Origin: Octopus bimaculoides
Taxonomy: Eukaryota
Assembly: GCF_001194135.2 (NCBI RefSeq)
Contig: NC_069003.1
Coordinates: forward strand, 37,356,265 to 37,420,264
DNA length: 64,000 nucleotides
Reading direction: 5' to 3'
The number at the start of each line of letters is the position of its first letter. Position 1 is the stretch's first letter. The position numbers and the translations under genes were made by a program. The notes beneath the pieces were generated by a model, which had not been told where the DNA came from, ran no database searches, and saw nothing but the letters and a program-made list of their open reading frames with translations. Positions 26,421-39,960 of this stretch are shown piece after piece.

Positions 26421-26860
26421 AATATGATCCATGAGAATTTGTAAATCTTCAGTTTTATGAACAACAAAGTTGTGCTTATCTACACAAAGGAAGTCGTGAA
26501 TAAGAGAGAGTAAATCTTTCAAATTGGCAGTAAATGGATGCAAGTTAAAGAGATGACCAAAAGATTAGTAACTCGCATATATTTCAGAAGAACAATCCAA
26601 ACACATACATGCATATATATGCACATACATGTTGAAAAATAACACCAAGCAAACATAAATAGTCATATATAAGCATACATATAAACACGTACACACACAT
26701 GTATACGTAAACACATGTCTACATACACATACATATATATATACACACATACATGCGCACACGTATATATATTCATAAATACACATATGTAACACAAGCA
26801 TGCATATATACATTATATATATGTATATACATACATACATACATACATACATACATACAT

Positions 26861-26891
<31 letters not shown>

Positions 26892-27751
26892 GATACATAC
26901 AGTGAATGCCCAATCAATATTGCACTCCATACACAACCATCATACAATCTGCTTTCCATTCATAGAGAAAATTCCTTTGTTGGCAGCACAGGTAATAGCT
27001 TCCTAAACATGTTCCACCTTATTGTATTCTTCTGGCTGCTATGCTTTCAGAACACTCGCTTCAACTGCTTATTAGGTTACCTAAGTAACAGAAGCTGTCA
27101 ACTACATCTAAGTATTCCATCTATCTAGCTATCTAGCCATCCATCCATCATTGTGTTAATGTTCATTCTTCCATATCTGCATGGGTTAGATGGAATTTGC
27201 TGAGACAGATTTTCTACATTTAGATAACCTTCCTGTTACCATTCCTCATTTGTTTCCAAGGCTTTTCACATATTTTCATGGAAGATTTGGAAATGAAGTA
27301 CACTACCTGGATGACAGTGATACTTGTCTACAACAATGTCAAGTCAAGGAGACACACACATAGATATGAGGGTCTTTCACTTTCCATTTACCAAATACAC
27401 TAGCAAGGCTAGGTACCACATGGCTAAGGTACCACATAATGGAACTGTATCCAGAACCAAGCTTCTTAACCACACATCTATGCCTGTATGTCACTCTCTC
27501 ACACACACATATATACATATATGTATGTATATATATGGATCAAAACAGTTTGATTCAAATTCTGTTGTACTTCAAGTTTCAAAGCGTGATGGTTATCCTC
27601 AGCCATTTCCAGTGGCTGAGGATAAGCTTCTCATGCTTTGAAACTTGAAGTACCACAGAATTTGAATCAAACTGTTTTGATCCCTACATGTAACTCTGAA
27701 TAAATGTATTGAGTGCCTGTCTTTCGTTTGACCACTCTCTTGTGTGTGAGC

Positions 27752-27830
<79 letters not shown>

Positions 27831-28215
27831 TGTGCATATATATAAACAAAAAACTGAGCTAAGAGAAATATCTCAGAGCAGGTCAGTGGTACGTATTTGA
27901 ATAACAAATACAGGTACATCAAATACCGTACAATTTGAATTCCTGATTTAGAATTATTTCTGTTGTTAGAAGATGTGTCATAATTTGCAAATGCCAATTG
28001 AGAGGAAGAAATAATCTCAAGAACCAGGAATTCTCCAAAGCTGATGGGCTACAAAGGAAAAAAGGACAGGACTATTGTCTGGTGATGAGAAGACAAGCAT
28101 GGGTATGTATGTTTCTGCCTCAATAGATTCCATCAACATGAACATTGTCTCACTTCTGTCTCTTCCTCTCTCTATCACATCCACATTACTGTCACTGTTT
28201 CCACCCACTCACCGT

Positions 28216-28850
28216 TCACTTCATTTTGATTGCTAGCATGGGTTGGACGATTTGACTGAGGACTGGTGAACCAAATGGCTGCACCAGACTCCAATCTGAT
28301 CTGACAGAGCTTCTACAGCTGGATGCCCTTCCGAACGCTAACCACTCCGAGAATGTAGTGGGTGCTTTTACATGCCACCAGCATGAGGGCCAGTCACGCG
28401 GTACTGGCAACGGCCACGCTCAAAATGCTGCTTTTTATGTGCCACCAGCACACGAGCCAGTCCAGCGGCACTGGCAATGACCTCGCTCAAATGTTTTTTC
28501 ACATGCCACCAGCACAAGTGCCAGTAAGGCGATGCTGGTAATGATTATGCTCAAATAGTGCTATTTACGCACCACTGGCATGGAAGCCAGACAGCTGCTC
28601 TGGCAATGATCACACTCGGATGGTGCTCTTAGCACTCCACTGGCACAGGTGCCAGTCATCGAATTTGGTTCAATCACGATTTCAATTTCACTTGCCCCAA
28701 CAGGTCTTCGCAAGCAGAGTTTAGTGTCCAATGAAGGAAAGGTACGCATAGGTAGGATGGCTACACCCCTGGCAGAGGCCTTGGATTGTGGTCTCACTTG
28801 GCTTATTTTTATCAATTCCAAAAGAATGAAAAGCAAAGATGACCTTGGTA
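28216..28850 (-). mobile_element. Long RTE 3' UTR (S3) copy with internal approximately 70-bp subrepeats
   Basis: Reverse complement of the ...gcacgtaaaagcacccactacactctcggagtggtt...ccaacccatgctagc tail. Confidence 0.8.
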
Positions 28851-29503
28851 AGATTTGAACTCAGAATGTAAAACCAGAAGAAATGCTGCTAAGTGTTTGT
28901 TTGCAATGATAAGGATTCTCCTTTACAACAAAAGCAACAACAATAATAATGGTTTCAAATATTGGCATAAGATCACCAATTAAGAGGGGAGGGGTAAGTT
29001 GATTATATTGGCCCCAGGGCTGAACTGAGGTTTATTTTGTCAACCACAAATGGCTGAAAGGCAAAAGAAGCCTCAGTGGTATTTGAACTCAGAGCCAGAA
29101 AAAATGCCAATATGCATTTTGTCCACCCAGCTGACCAATAATAACAATAAAGAAAAAGAAGTCTGGCAGAAACCCAGCTTAGGTTTCTGCAGAAACTGGT
29201 TGGTTAATTATAAAGAGTAACAATTACAACAAAAAGTAAATTGTAAAGAAAATAACAAAAAAAAACAAAGCTGTATTTATTTATTTCTTTGCATTTTTAC
29301 CTTTCGTTTTGTATTGTTTTACTTCTACTCTTTAAAGACCCCCGCCCCTGCCAATGAAATAGGAGAGAAATGTAGTAAATTTCTTCACAGTAAATATTTC
29401 AGGTGATCATTTAATAACAACAACAACAATAATAATAATAATAATAATGTTTGCAACAAGCTGAACCAAACTAGAAAAATGCAGTACTTGACACTGCAAA
29501 TGT

Positions 29504-29548
<45 letters not shown>

Positions 29549-29550
29549 AT

Positions 29551-30523
29551 CATCATCATCATCATCATCATCGTTTAACGTCCGCTTTCCATGCTAGCAT
29601 GGGTTGGACGATTTGACTGAGGACTGGTGAAACCGGATGGCAACACCAGGCTCCAGTCTGATTTNNNNNNNNNNNNNNNNNNNNNNNNNNNNNNNNNNNN
29701 NNNNNNNNNNNNNNNNNNNNNNNNNNNNNNNNNNNNNNNNNNNNNNNNNNNNNNNNNNNNNNNNNNNNNNNNNNNNNNNNNNNNNNNNNNNNNNNNNNNN
29801 NNNNNNNNNNNNNNNNNNNNNNNNNNNNNNNNNNNNNNNNNNNNNNNNNNNNNNNNNNNNNNNNNNNNNNNNNNNNNNNNNNNNNNNNNNNNNNNNNNNN
29901 NNNNNNNNNNNNNNNNNNNNNNNNNNNNNNNNNNNNNNNNNNNNNNNNNNNNNNNNNNNNNNNNNNNNNNNNNNNNNNNNNNNNNNNNNNNNNNNNNNNN
30001 NNNNNNNNNNNNNNNNNNNNNNNNNNNNNNNNNNNNNNNNNNNNNNNNNNNNNNNNNNNNNNNNNNNNNNNNNNNNNNNNNNNNNNNNNNNNNNNNNNNN
30101 NNNNNNNNNNNNNNNNNNNNNNNNNNNNNNNNNNNNNNNNNNNNNNNNNNNNNNNNNNNNNNNNNNNNNNNNNNNNNNNNNNNNNNNNNNNNNNNNNNNN
30201 NNNNNNNNNNNNNNNNNNNNNNNNNNNNNNNNNNNNNNNNNNNNNNNNNNNNNNNNNNNNNNNNNNNNNNNNNNNGTATGTCCTCAGCAGTTACAGCCCA
30301 TGTTTCACTGCCATGTAGCATGGTTGTTCGTACGCATGCGTCATACAGTCTGCCTTTTACTCTGAGTGAGAGTCCCTTTGTCGCCAGCAGGGGTAAGAGC
30401 TCTCTAAACTTTGCCCAGGCTATTCTTATTCTAGCAGCTACACTTTCAGCGCACCCACCCCCACTACTAACTTGGTCGCCCAGATAGCGGAAGCTATCGA
30501 CTACCTCTAGTTTTTCACCCTGG
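29551..30523 (-). mobile_element. Young 5'-truncated RTE LINE spanning an assembly gap
   Basis: Uninterrupted minus frame QGEKLEVVDSFRYLGDQVSSGGGCAESVAARIRIAWAKFRELLPLLATKGLSLRVKGRLYDACVRTTMLHGSETWAVTAEDI (30522-30277). The 3' tail with (GAT)n is on the other side of the gap. Confidence 0.9.
29665..30275. other. Assembly gap (N run)
   Basis: N characters. Confidence 1.
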
Positions 30524-30944
30524 ATATTTATATATATATATATTTATATATATATATATATATATTTATATACACACACACATTATCATCGATTAACATT
30601 CGTTTTCCAAGCTGGCATAGGTTAGACAGTTTGACTGAGGTCTAAAGAGGCAGCGGCTGCACAAGGCTCCAGTTTGGTCTGGAAGAGTTTCTACAGCTGG
30701 ATGCCATTCCTAACACCAACAACTCTGAGAGTATAGTGGGTGCTCGACTCAACAGGTCTTCTCAAGCATATTATATCGCTCGATGCATCGAGGGTACTCT
30801 TAAATGGGCTGGACATGCAACACTGGTATTGGACATACCTGTGATCTCACTTTAGTTGCTGGGTCTTCTCAATCATAGCATATCTCCAAAGGTCCTGGTC
30901 TGAGGCCCAACTTTCGAAGGTCATGCTTCACCACCTTCACCACC

Positions 30945-31480
30945 TGAAGTCCATCTGGTTGGCTGTCTGCATTTTATTGCCAACTTAGTAATATGCAGCT
31001 GGAAAGATGCACCACTCCTCATGTCAATGTTCAGGTCATGCACCGATTTTGATTCAGAGATTGCAATCTTTCCTGGCTCAGTGCATCTTGTCTGCATTTC
31101 ATTCAGCTTTGTGTGCTGCTAGAGCAGGAATTGGAATTCTCTAGCATTAAATTGCATGTTATTGTCCTCAATCTACCTGTATATTGTGTCCAACACCTGT
31201 TGCAGATGTGCAATATCTTCAGGGTCCTATATCCTCTGAAAGGCTTTTGTATTGTCTGCACAGCTAGCAAGGGTAGCTATCTGAGCACTTGTCTGAGAGA
31301 GCTAATACAAATAACAGAGGCTCCAGGACATTATTTGTGTTTCCTTAGAGGTGACTCCATTGGCCACCACTGCCTGACTTCTATCTAGTCGTGTAGCCAT
31401 TCTCCAAGTGTTCCAACAATGCTAATCTCACATCATACCATGCTTGACTTCATCTAAGACTTTACAAACATTAAACCCCC
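30945..31480 (-). mobile_element. CR1/L2-group LINE reverse transcriptase remnant
   Basis: Frameshifted RSQAVVANGVTSKETQI...EPLLFVLALSD...ATLASCADNTKAFQRI*DPEDIAHLQQVLDTIYR*IEDNNMQFNA matches the GVPQGSVLGPLLF...YADDTK...DL..LQ.DL...W...N.M.FN pattern. Confidence 0.75.
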
Positions 31481-31610
31481 AGCACAAATTGTTTCAGACC
31501 TATAGCTACAAAATTTTAAAAATATTATGTAGAAAACGGAGAAACATCCTGAAAATGGACATTGGTACCCCAAGAATTATAGAACTTAAAAGGAACTGGT
31601 GAAATATAAT

Positions 31611-31657
<47 letters not shown>

Positions 31658-32104
31658 ATTTTCTTGTATCTATGGGACACAGAGCGCTCAATACTTGTAC
31701 AGAGTGTTATAAAAATATACTCTAGCAAACATGCAAAGCTGTATTGCAGTCTCTATATAATAAACATGAAAGATTGCTTTGAAAGAACATTTCTCAATGA
31801 AACTTTACCAGAGTTTAGAAAAAAAACCATGACCAAAAATAAACAAAAACACACACACACACCCCGTCAAAAAAAAAAGGAAACAGGTCTGAGGTGTTGT
31901 TGGCAAAAAAAAATATCGAGGAGTGAATGGAGGAGACGGTAAAACACTAAGAGCAGTGTTGGTAGTGAAAAGGAAAGGAAGAAAGAAAGACAGTTGTGTA
32001 GGAGTGTTGATAGGAGGAAGTGGAGAGAAAGATCTTAAAACATTTTGTCAGTCTGTGACGTCAAACTGTCTTGAATTTCTCTCTCTCTCTCTCTCTCTCT
32101 CTCT

Positions 32105-32499
32105 NNNNNNNNNNNNNNNNNNNNNNNNNNNNNNNNNNNNNNNNNNNNNNNNNNNNNNNNNNNNNNNNNNNNNNNNNNNNNNNNNNNNNNNNNNNNNNNN
32201 NNNNNNNNNNNNNNNNNNNNNNNNNNNNNNNNNNNNNNNNNNNNNNNNNNNNNNNNNNNNNNNNNNNNNNNNNNNNNNNNNNNNNNNNNNNNNNNNNNNN
32301 NNNNNNNNNNNNNNNNNNNNNNNNNNNNNNNNNNNNNNNNNNNNNNNNNNNNNNNNNNNNNNNNNNNNNNNNNNNNNNNNNNNNNNNNNNNNNNNNNNNN
32401 NNNNNNNNNNNNNNNNNNNNNNNNNNNNNNNNNNNNNNNNNNNNNNNNNNNNNNNNNNNNNNNNNNNNNNNNNNNNNNNNNNNNNNNNNNNNNNNNNNN
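32105..32499. other. Assembly gap (N run)
   Basis: N characters. Confidence 1.
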
Positions 32500-34292
32500 G
32501 AAACGATAAAAGTTTTACTGTTTAAGATTGGTTACTTCACCCACCCCTGACAAAAGTCATGATTTTGAGATGTATGTGTGTGTGTGGGGTCGGGGAGAGA
32601 CAGACAGAATAAATTCAATCTTTAAAAATCAAAAAAAAAAAAAATACTGTTTTTTTCCCCCTCCATGTTTGGAACCTGGTTAGTTTATATTAACATAAAT
32701 ACACCTATTCTTGGATGTTTGGTTCATTAGGGTCCCAAGTTGTCTGAAGCATTGTGGATGGTTGGCAGGGCATGGTTCTGCAGCTGAATCCCTGATTGCC
32801 AACCTATGAGATCCAGATCAATCCGTGATAAATGGTGTTAACCCAATTCCCAATTGAGTGTTGTCCTAGATCAAGTGACAAACAATGGTAGATGCATCTT
32901 CATTCCCCTCAAACCAAAAGATTTTTTTTAATTTTGCAGCCCCACCCCCACCCCCACCAACATATTCATCAAAATAGGAAGAAGGTAGTTTGTTATAGAG
33001 CAAGTGTTGTAGATAAGTTCAGATGGATTCTATGTTACCAAACACCTAAGGGTATGGAGTTCAAATCTATGTTATCTCTCCTGCAAACTGGAGCCCTATT
33101 TTATGTAGAGAAACATTTATACAAGCAGATGATGGCCATCTTACATTCAGCCTGACCGTTTCTGATCTACTTTCATCTTCACATGTGCACAAATATGACT
33201 TTTCATAACATGCATCCATCATCAGAGGATTTCATAAAATAGAAAATAGAAGAATGAAATGAAAGTGAGACGTCTGTACATCATTGGATTTAAGTAACAA
33301 AAGCTTGTACAACCCTTTTGCTACTCTCTCGGTTGATGGTAGTAAGTTCCAGTGACAAGTATTACAAGATGACTGGTAACTATTTTCACTTCCTCCGAGA
33401 AGAGCTGCCTTCTCCATATTTTTATCAAAAATAACAGAAGCTTCCTCTACCCTTGGAAAATCTAATTAACTCAGAGATAGGACCCTGACAAATGCTACTG
33501 TTCTGGGTCAGAACAGACTTGAGAATAACGGTAATTAAGGGGCAACTCCACACTCCCCACAATCCCAGAACCACCACATATACACACACACGTGTATGTA
33601 TGTGTGTGTGTGTGTGTGTTTGTCCAAGGTCTGACTTTAAATTACATCCGGTTCTGGGGCCCAGAGTTATGAGGAGTGTGGTATCATCTCTCAGCTACAA
33701 TTGTTCTTAGATCTACTCTGATTCTTAGTAGCACCTGTGAGGGCTCCAGCTGTGGATTAACTTGCATGTGAACCACTGAGAGTGAAGGAACCCTGGCTCT
33801 CTTTAGAATCTCCTTCTAGAAGGTAAACTGGTATAAAAATAAACCCTGAGGTGTGCAGTTGGTTGTCTCAACCTCTGTTGTGCCACTTGTCTTATAGCTG
33901 ATTGCACTGAAAACTGGTTTTAATGCTGTGTAGTACCTGAACCACTCAAAACAGATTCACTCAGAGGAACTTCATGGACTCTTAGAATATATCATCATTT
34001 CAACATCTAAATTTGTTGAAGTAGGACTTCTATCTGAATGTCCTTCCTGTGGCCAATCCTGTTTCCAGGCAAAGTAAGATTTTTTTCCTCAGTCAGGACA
34101 TGCTTTCATTGAGGATTGTAAACAAATGTTACCGCTTGTATGACAGGAAAGTTTGTTTACAATCAGTTGGTGAATGATGTCAAGGACACACACATTGATT
34201 TGATGAGTTTCATCTCAGTTTCTGTCTGCTAATTCACTCACAAGATTTTAGGTGCAACAGAGGAAGGCAGACTATCAATATGTCTATATATA

Positions 34293-34930
34293 TCATCATC
34301 GTTTGATGTCAATTTTCCATTCTGGCATAGAACGGATGGTTTGACAAGAGCTGGCCTCGGCTGTTCAGACTCCAATTGTCTGTTGTGGCATGGATGCCCT
34401 TCCAAATGCCAACCACTTTACATGTTACCAGCATGGCTGTGATTATGTAGCACCAGCACCTGTAAAGGACAAGTTTGTATGGATGGATGATCACAGTTTT
34501 ACTTAGCTTGATGTGTCTTATCTTTTGCCTGGCACCATCACTGGTGGTTTTCATGCATCTCCACCACCAACACCCAAAACATACTGGTGACGGTGCCATG
34601 TAAAAAAACACCCAGTACACACTGTGTGGTAGTAGGTGTTATGAAGGGGATCCAGCTGTAGAAAACAAAGCCAAAACAGATTTTGGAACCTGGTATGGCT
34701 CCTGGGCTTACCAAACCCTGTCAAACCATCCAACCCATGCCAGCATGGAAAATGGACACTATATGATGATACACATTTCTATTAGACCACTCTGCAAAGC
34801 AGATGGCATTAGGAAGGGCATCCAGCAGTAGAAACCATGCTAAAGTAGACAGTGGAGCTTGACGTAAATCTCCAGCTCCTGTCAAACTATCCAACCCATG
34901 CCAGCATGGAAAATGGACACTAAATGATGA
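34293..34930. mobile_element. Cluster of three RTE-tail (S3) fragments: one minus, two tandem plus
   Basis: caaaccatccaacccatgccagcatggaaaatggacac occurs near 34722 and 34883, with an inverted version near 34305. Confidence 0.75.
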
Positions 34931-35509
34931 TGAGATTATATGTATATATATACACACACAGATATAAAATCCTCATTTACAGTCCACTTTTCCATGCAAG
35001 CATTGGTTATACAGAATTGAATTGAAGCAGAATTTCAATAGCTGGATACTGTTCCAGTCACCAACCATCGCCTGTTTCCAAGCAAGATAAATAGTTCACC
35101 AGGGAAAATGGGAAATGAATAACATCACTTTTATAATGATGATGGTCCATCACATGATGTCAAGACAAGAGTAGACACAAACACAAGTGTGTGTGTGTGG
35201 GGGGGGGGTGTATTGTTGCTATTATGTTAAACTGCCTTATGTCCAAATTTGACCAAATGCTTTTTTTTTTTTTTTCAATATTTAATTTTGCTTGCAATAG
35301 CCCGTGGAGAGCAGCCATATTTTCGTAGGTTGTGGGATATTTCAGAAGGGGATAAAGTAAGTAAGAAAATAAAGTTTTAATTTTGAATATTTATTTCATT
35401 ATTTGACTTAGCAATACTAATAATCTAGTGTCAAAACTCAAAATGCTTCAGGACAAAGCAATAAGAAATGACAAGGGAATAAGGAATTATGGTGCGAACA
35501 TCATTAGCT

Positions 35510-35595
35510 AAAGATAAGGAACGCTTCACAAATTTGCATGTCATCCTTGCACAGGGGCCATGCTAATCTTCTCTGTATCATTTCAATTTTAGTAT
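35510..35595 (-). pseudogene. RNU6: U6 snRNA pseudogene, 5'-truncated
   Basis: Reverse complement tactaaaattgaaatgatacagagaagattagcatggcccctgtgcaaggatgacatgcaaatttgtgaagcgttccttatcttt matches U6 (ACAGAGA box intact). It lacks the 5' stem-loop and shows several CpG-to-TpG changes. Confidence 0.92.
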
Positions 35596-35618
35596 CTGTA
35601 GGGCTGTGGAGTAGCATA

Positions 35619-35657
35619 AAGGATCACACGCAAATTCATGAAGTGTTCCATATTTTT
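35619..35657 (+). pseudogene. RNU6: U6 snRNA 3' fragment, inverted relative to the neighbouring copy
   Basis: aaggatcacacgcaaattcatgaagtgttccatattttt versus U6 aaggatgacacgcaaattcgtgaagcgttccatattttt. Confidence 0.85.
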
Positions 35658-37942
35658 AGCTAATGAAGTTCATAATCTCTTATTACCTTGTCATTTTAAT
35701 TTCTCCTCTGTATGTGTGTGTGTGTGTGTGTGTGTGCTATATACTTTATTCAAACATGGTGTTGGTATACACTTTTTTTTTTGTTTTAAAAGCTGAAGTG
35801 GGGAGGGGGACAAAATAGGGTTGAAAAACATTGTTCCAGAGATTAATTTCTTAAGTCCCGTTTGACGTTTGTGTGCCCGTTAATTGTAGGCAAAGTTACA
35901 CTAACATAATCCCAGAGAGATGAAGTTGTGGAGAGGAGCTGGGGAGGTGTTTTGAATCTAGTCTGAGAAGACTATGTGAGATTTATGTAAGGAGGAAGAC
36001 ATGTTAAATTGATCCCTTCACATCTAGGATGTGATTACAGAAATATAAAGCGACCACAGTATATGACTGCTACTTTATTTGACCAAACCCCAGAAAGACC
36101 AGATTCAAAGTTGACTTCAACAGCATTTGAAATCAGAACACAGATGGGTGTAACTAAATATCTGAAGGCATTTTATCAGACCAGAAGATTGTGCCAATGT
36201 CTGTTTATGTGAAAACAGTGATATTTTGAACCAGTCCAGAAAAGCAGAGAAAATTGTTATTCGATGTGGTTGATGAGAGAAGTACAAAGTAGATTTTTTG
36301 TCACTGATTGCAATGCAGCACAGAATTAAGCATAACATACAACCAAAATAAACAATGATACACTTGTGATTGACAGGAACTTGGGATTAACGGAGTACAA
36401 ATACTTTTTAAGCTTTCAGCAATTGGAAATTTCCTTCTAAACTTTTAGCATGGAAGTTGGAGAGCAATGCAGAAAATAAATACCAGTAAGATCCAAGGAT
36501 TATCTTAATCCAATCCTTGCTCTATGATGTGGATCCCACTACTTCCCGTTCTTGCTATCCTTAACGTTTTTTTGTGTTTTTTTTTTAATCTACCGGCGTT
36601 TCTTTTGACTTCCTGTTCGTTTTAACAGTTGTCCCCACCACGTAAAATTTACAAGGTTCCCCTTCTTATCCTCTCCTCTTTATTCTTCGCTTGGTATCGT
36701 AATATTTGTCCTTACATTTTATTTATCCAGCAACATTACGAAGTACTTATCTGTCTCCTGAAACATTAGACTCTTTTTACGAACTTGTTTAATTAAAAAG
36801 AGCCCCTTACCCGTCATCACAGACATTCCTTTATAAATACAACGAAACATTCGTGACAAATGTACGAAATTAATAATTATTGCCTCCAGTAGTGTGAGCT
36901 GGGTCTCAAAATGTAGCCATTACATTTTGTATTTACGTCATTAAAGCTCATGAAAGCAAGCATGAATCTCACCACATCAACTCTTCTTCTAGTTAACCCT
37001 TAAAAATCAAGAAAAACCATTTAAAACTATACTTTTACGATTTTTAAACGGAACATTGGCTATAATTCGTTTGCATTTGAGTAGACACAAGGTCAACTTT
37101 GATGGGAGTGGTGGTGGTGGTGAAGAATGCCACCAGAAGCGATTTATTCATTGTTTAAATACCTTTACGATCTGAGTTCAAATCGCAATGAAGTCAAATT
37201 CATCTTTCATTCTTCCGGGGTCGCTAAAATAAAGTACTACCAGTGAAGAAGTGGAGATATTTTTCATAATACAATTCTAGATGTGAATGGAATTCACAGC
37301 AGGATCTGAACTCCAGCAACGAAGCTAAACTATCGCAACGAGATTCCGTTGTTTGTTGCCTTTGTAAACATTATCAAATAAATACAGGCCAAAGAAAAAA
37401 AAAAGAAAAGAATGCTTTTTAAAGTTATTATCAAAATCAATTATGATTGCTGTTTCTTTAGTTTCCAGGTCAGCCTTCATCGATTACAGATACACATCTA
37501 GAATCAAAGACGTTCCATCCATAACCACCCCATCTGTTTTGCTCGTTCGCTTGTTTCCCATAAACAAGATGTATCTAGAATGACATTGGCCAATCTCTTC
37601 TTCTTCCTTACATCCTTTCAAAAGACGCTAAGCTATGATTTTAGAGACTTGGTTGCTTTTTCTAGCACATTTAGTGACCACGGAGGGGACCCATTGTTTT
37701 GTTTTGCAAAGCATATTAATGTTTCTATCTGAAGCGTCCTCGCGGCAGATTAAGCCATATTACAAAAAAACCACTGACTTCCATCTAATTACAGAACAAA
37801 ATACTAATTGTTTGTTGCCATCATCATCATCATCTGCGGCAATAAAACAGATTTAAAAACAAAAACTGAAAAATACATCAATTATAATACACACACACAC
37901 ACTCGAACTAGGCACGTGCAATTGATATGATTATACATACAT

Positions 37943-37985
<43 letters not shown>

Positions 37986-38829
37986 AATGAAATTAAATAA
38001 AAATGGATGTGATTGAAATAAGCGTGTCGACATGTTTATCCGGATGATAAAAAGCACCCATACCTTCAGTCATACAGACACGCACACACATTCATTACAT
38101 TTATTTGTAAATAACTACACACGCATGCATAGCTCCACACACACGATCGCACATACAGATATCTATCTACACAGTCACCCATAAATCTATACAGTGATAT
38201 AGTCATGTAGTTCGCCGTGTGTGTGTGTGTATACACACACATGTACCCATCGAAGGGTGGCGAGGACGGCAATATAACTGTCTCGTCATTTTCGCTTTCA
38301 CTTTATCAAAAACTTAAATTTAAAATAAATTAATACATTAAATGCCATGAAATATGGACAAATATGCACAGGAAATGTGTGCATATAACACAGAAAGAGA
38401 TATGAATATAAATATACATGAAAATATATAATGCATCGGCATAAAGCAATATATACATGTGTGTGTGTGTGTGTATTATACATTAGGTTGAGTCAATATA
38501 CGTATATAATACATATGTGAACGTGAGATATATATATATATATATATAAACATTTTGGATACATATGTATATAGACTGCTGTAGATGTTTGTAAATATTT
38601 TAGATATGGTTTCTTACCTGTGTTCAAAATAAGTTAAAGAAAAAATACCACCTATACACACACACACAGACATGTATATATGTAAAGAGAGAGAGAGAAT
38701 ATGGTTATATATTTCTATTATACATACACAAACAGAAGAAGCCAGCGGGTAACCTGCTATCTCTTTGGTGGTCCACTTGCGCCTCCTCAATGGTATTTTC
38801 ACTTCCAGGCAACAATATTATCGAGGTGT

Positions 38830-39157
38830 GATGAGGGTCTGGGCGCTAGTACAGATAGTGGTGGGTTGGTGGTGGTGCTGCTACAAGAGACTAGTAGTGA
38901 TGGTGGTGATTAGTGGTTGTTTGTGTGTGTTGGTGGTAACAGAAGCAGCGATAATGGTGTCGGTGGTTAGTAGTAGTAGTAGTAGTAGTAGTAGTAATAC
39001 TATTGATAAAGGTGGTGGCGGTGGTAGTAGTAATACTATAAGTAAAGGTGGTGGTGGTAGCCTGGCCGTAAACTGATTCTGTTCTACACTACAGAGAAAA
39101 CTAGCGACATCACTGGTTGTTGTCGAATTGTCATGGCGGTGTGGGCGGCGACGGCGT

Positions 39158-39202
<45 letters not shown>

Positions 39203-39332
39203 GGGTGGTGTGGCTAGAAATACGAATATGCTAATGATGATGATGACGACGATGGTAGTGGTGGGAGTGATAGCCGTAACGATGACTGTGTCGTTGGTGG
39301 CAGCAGTAGTAGTAGCAACACCAACAATGCTG

Positions 39333-39371
<39 letters not shown>

Positions 39372-39540
39372 ATAGTAGTGTTAGCAGCAGCAAGGGGAGT
39401 GGTGACAGTTATGCACTATAGAGACAGTGGTGGTGGTGATAGTGAAAGTAGAACGGCCTGACCGAGCTAAAGAAGGTAGCTGAGTGTTTTGACGTTGAAA
39501 ACACCGAAACAGCAGCAGTAACAACAACAACAGTAATCGT
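38830..39540. repeat. Compound trinucleotide low-complexity tract (AGT, GGT, GAT, CAG, AAC)
   Basis: Direct reading. Confidence 0.9.
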
Positions 39541-39929
39541 AGTATTCGAAGGAGTCGGTGGTATCAATACTAGTTTTATTATTGAGCGTCAGAAAAGAAA
39601 AGAAAAAACCTGCGACATATAATCCTGCTGTTTACGTTCTAGGTTCAAATCTCGGCGAGGTCAACTTTGTCTTTCATCCCCCCGAGGTTGATAGAGATTC
39701 CTCTAGTATATCGACCTAAATCTGAAAAACATAATAATAATAATAATAATAATAATTATTATCATTATTATTATTAGTAGTAGTAGTAGTAGCAGTGGTT
39801 GATATTAATGGTGATGTTGGTGTTAGTATCTCCTCTCACCAACTTACTCGTCCCTCACACACAAGCTCCTCTCTAACCGTGCCACTCATCCCTGCCTTCC
39901 GACACTTCAGTCTAGTCTCTTACATACGA

Positions 39930-39960
<31 letters not shown>

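Noticed and set aside
29575-30487. Long ORFs of 242-286 aa, and similar ones at 31923, 41087, 48508 and 63443
   Set aside because: Artefacts of N gaps translated as X. Only the RTE portion at 30277-30522 is real.
35510-35595. Functional U6 snRNA gene
   Set aside because: The 5' approximately 20 nt are missing, there are multiple substitutions including a disrupted terminal T-run, and there is no recognisable upstream PSE/TATA.
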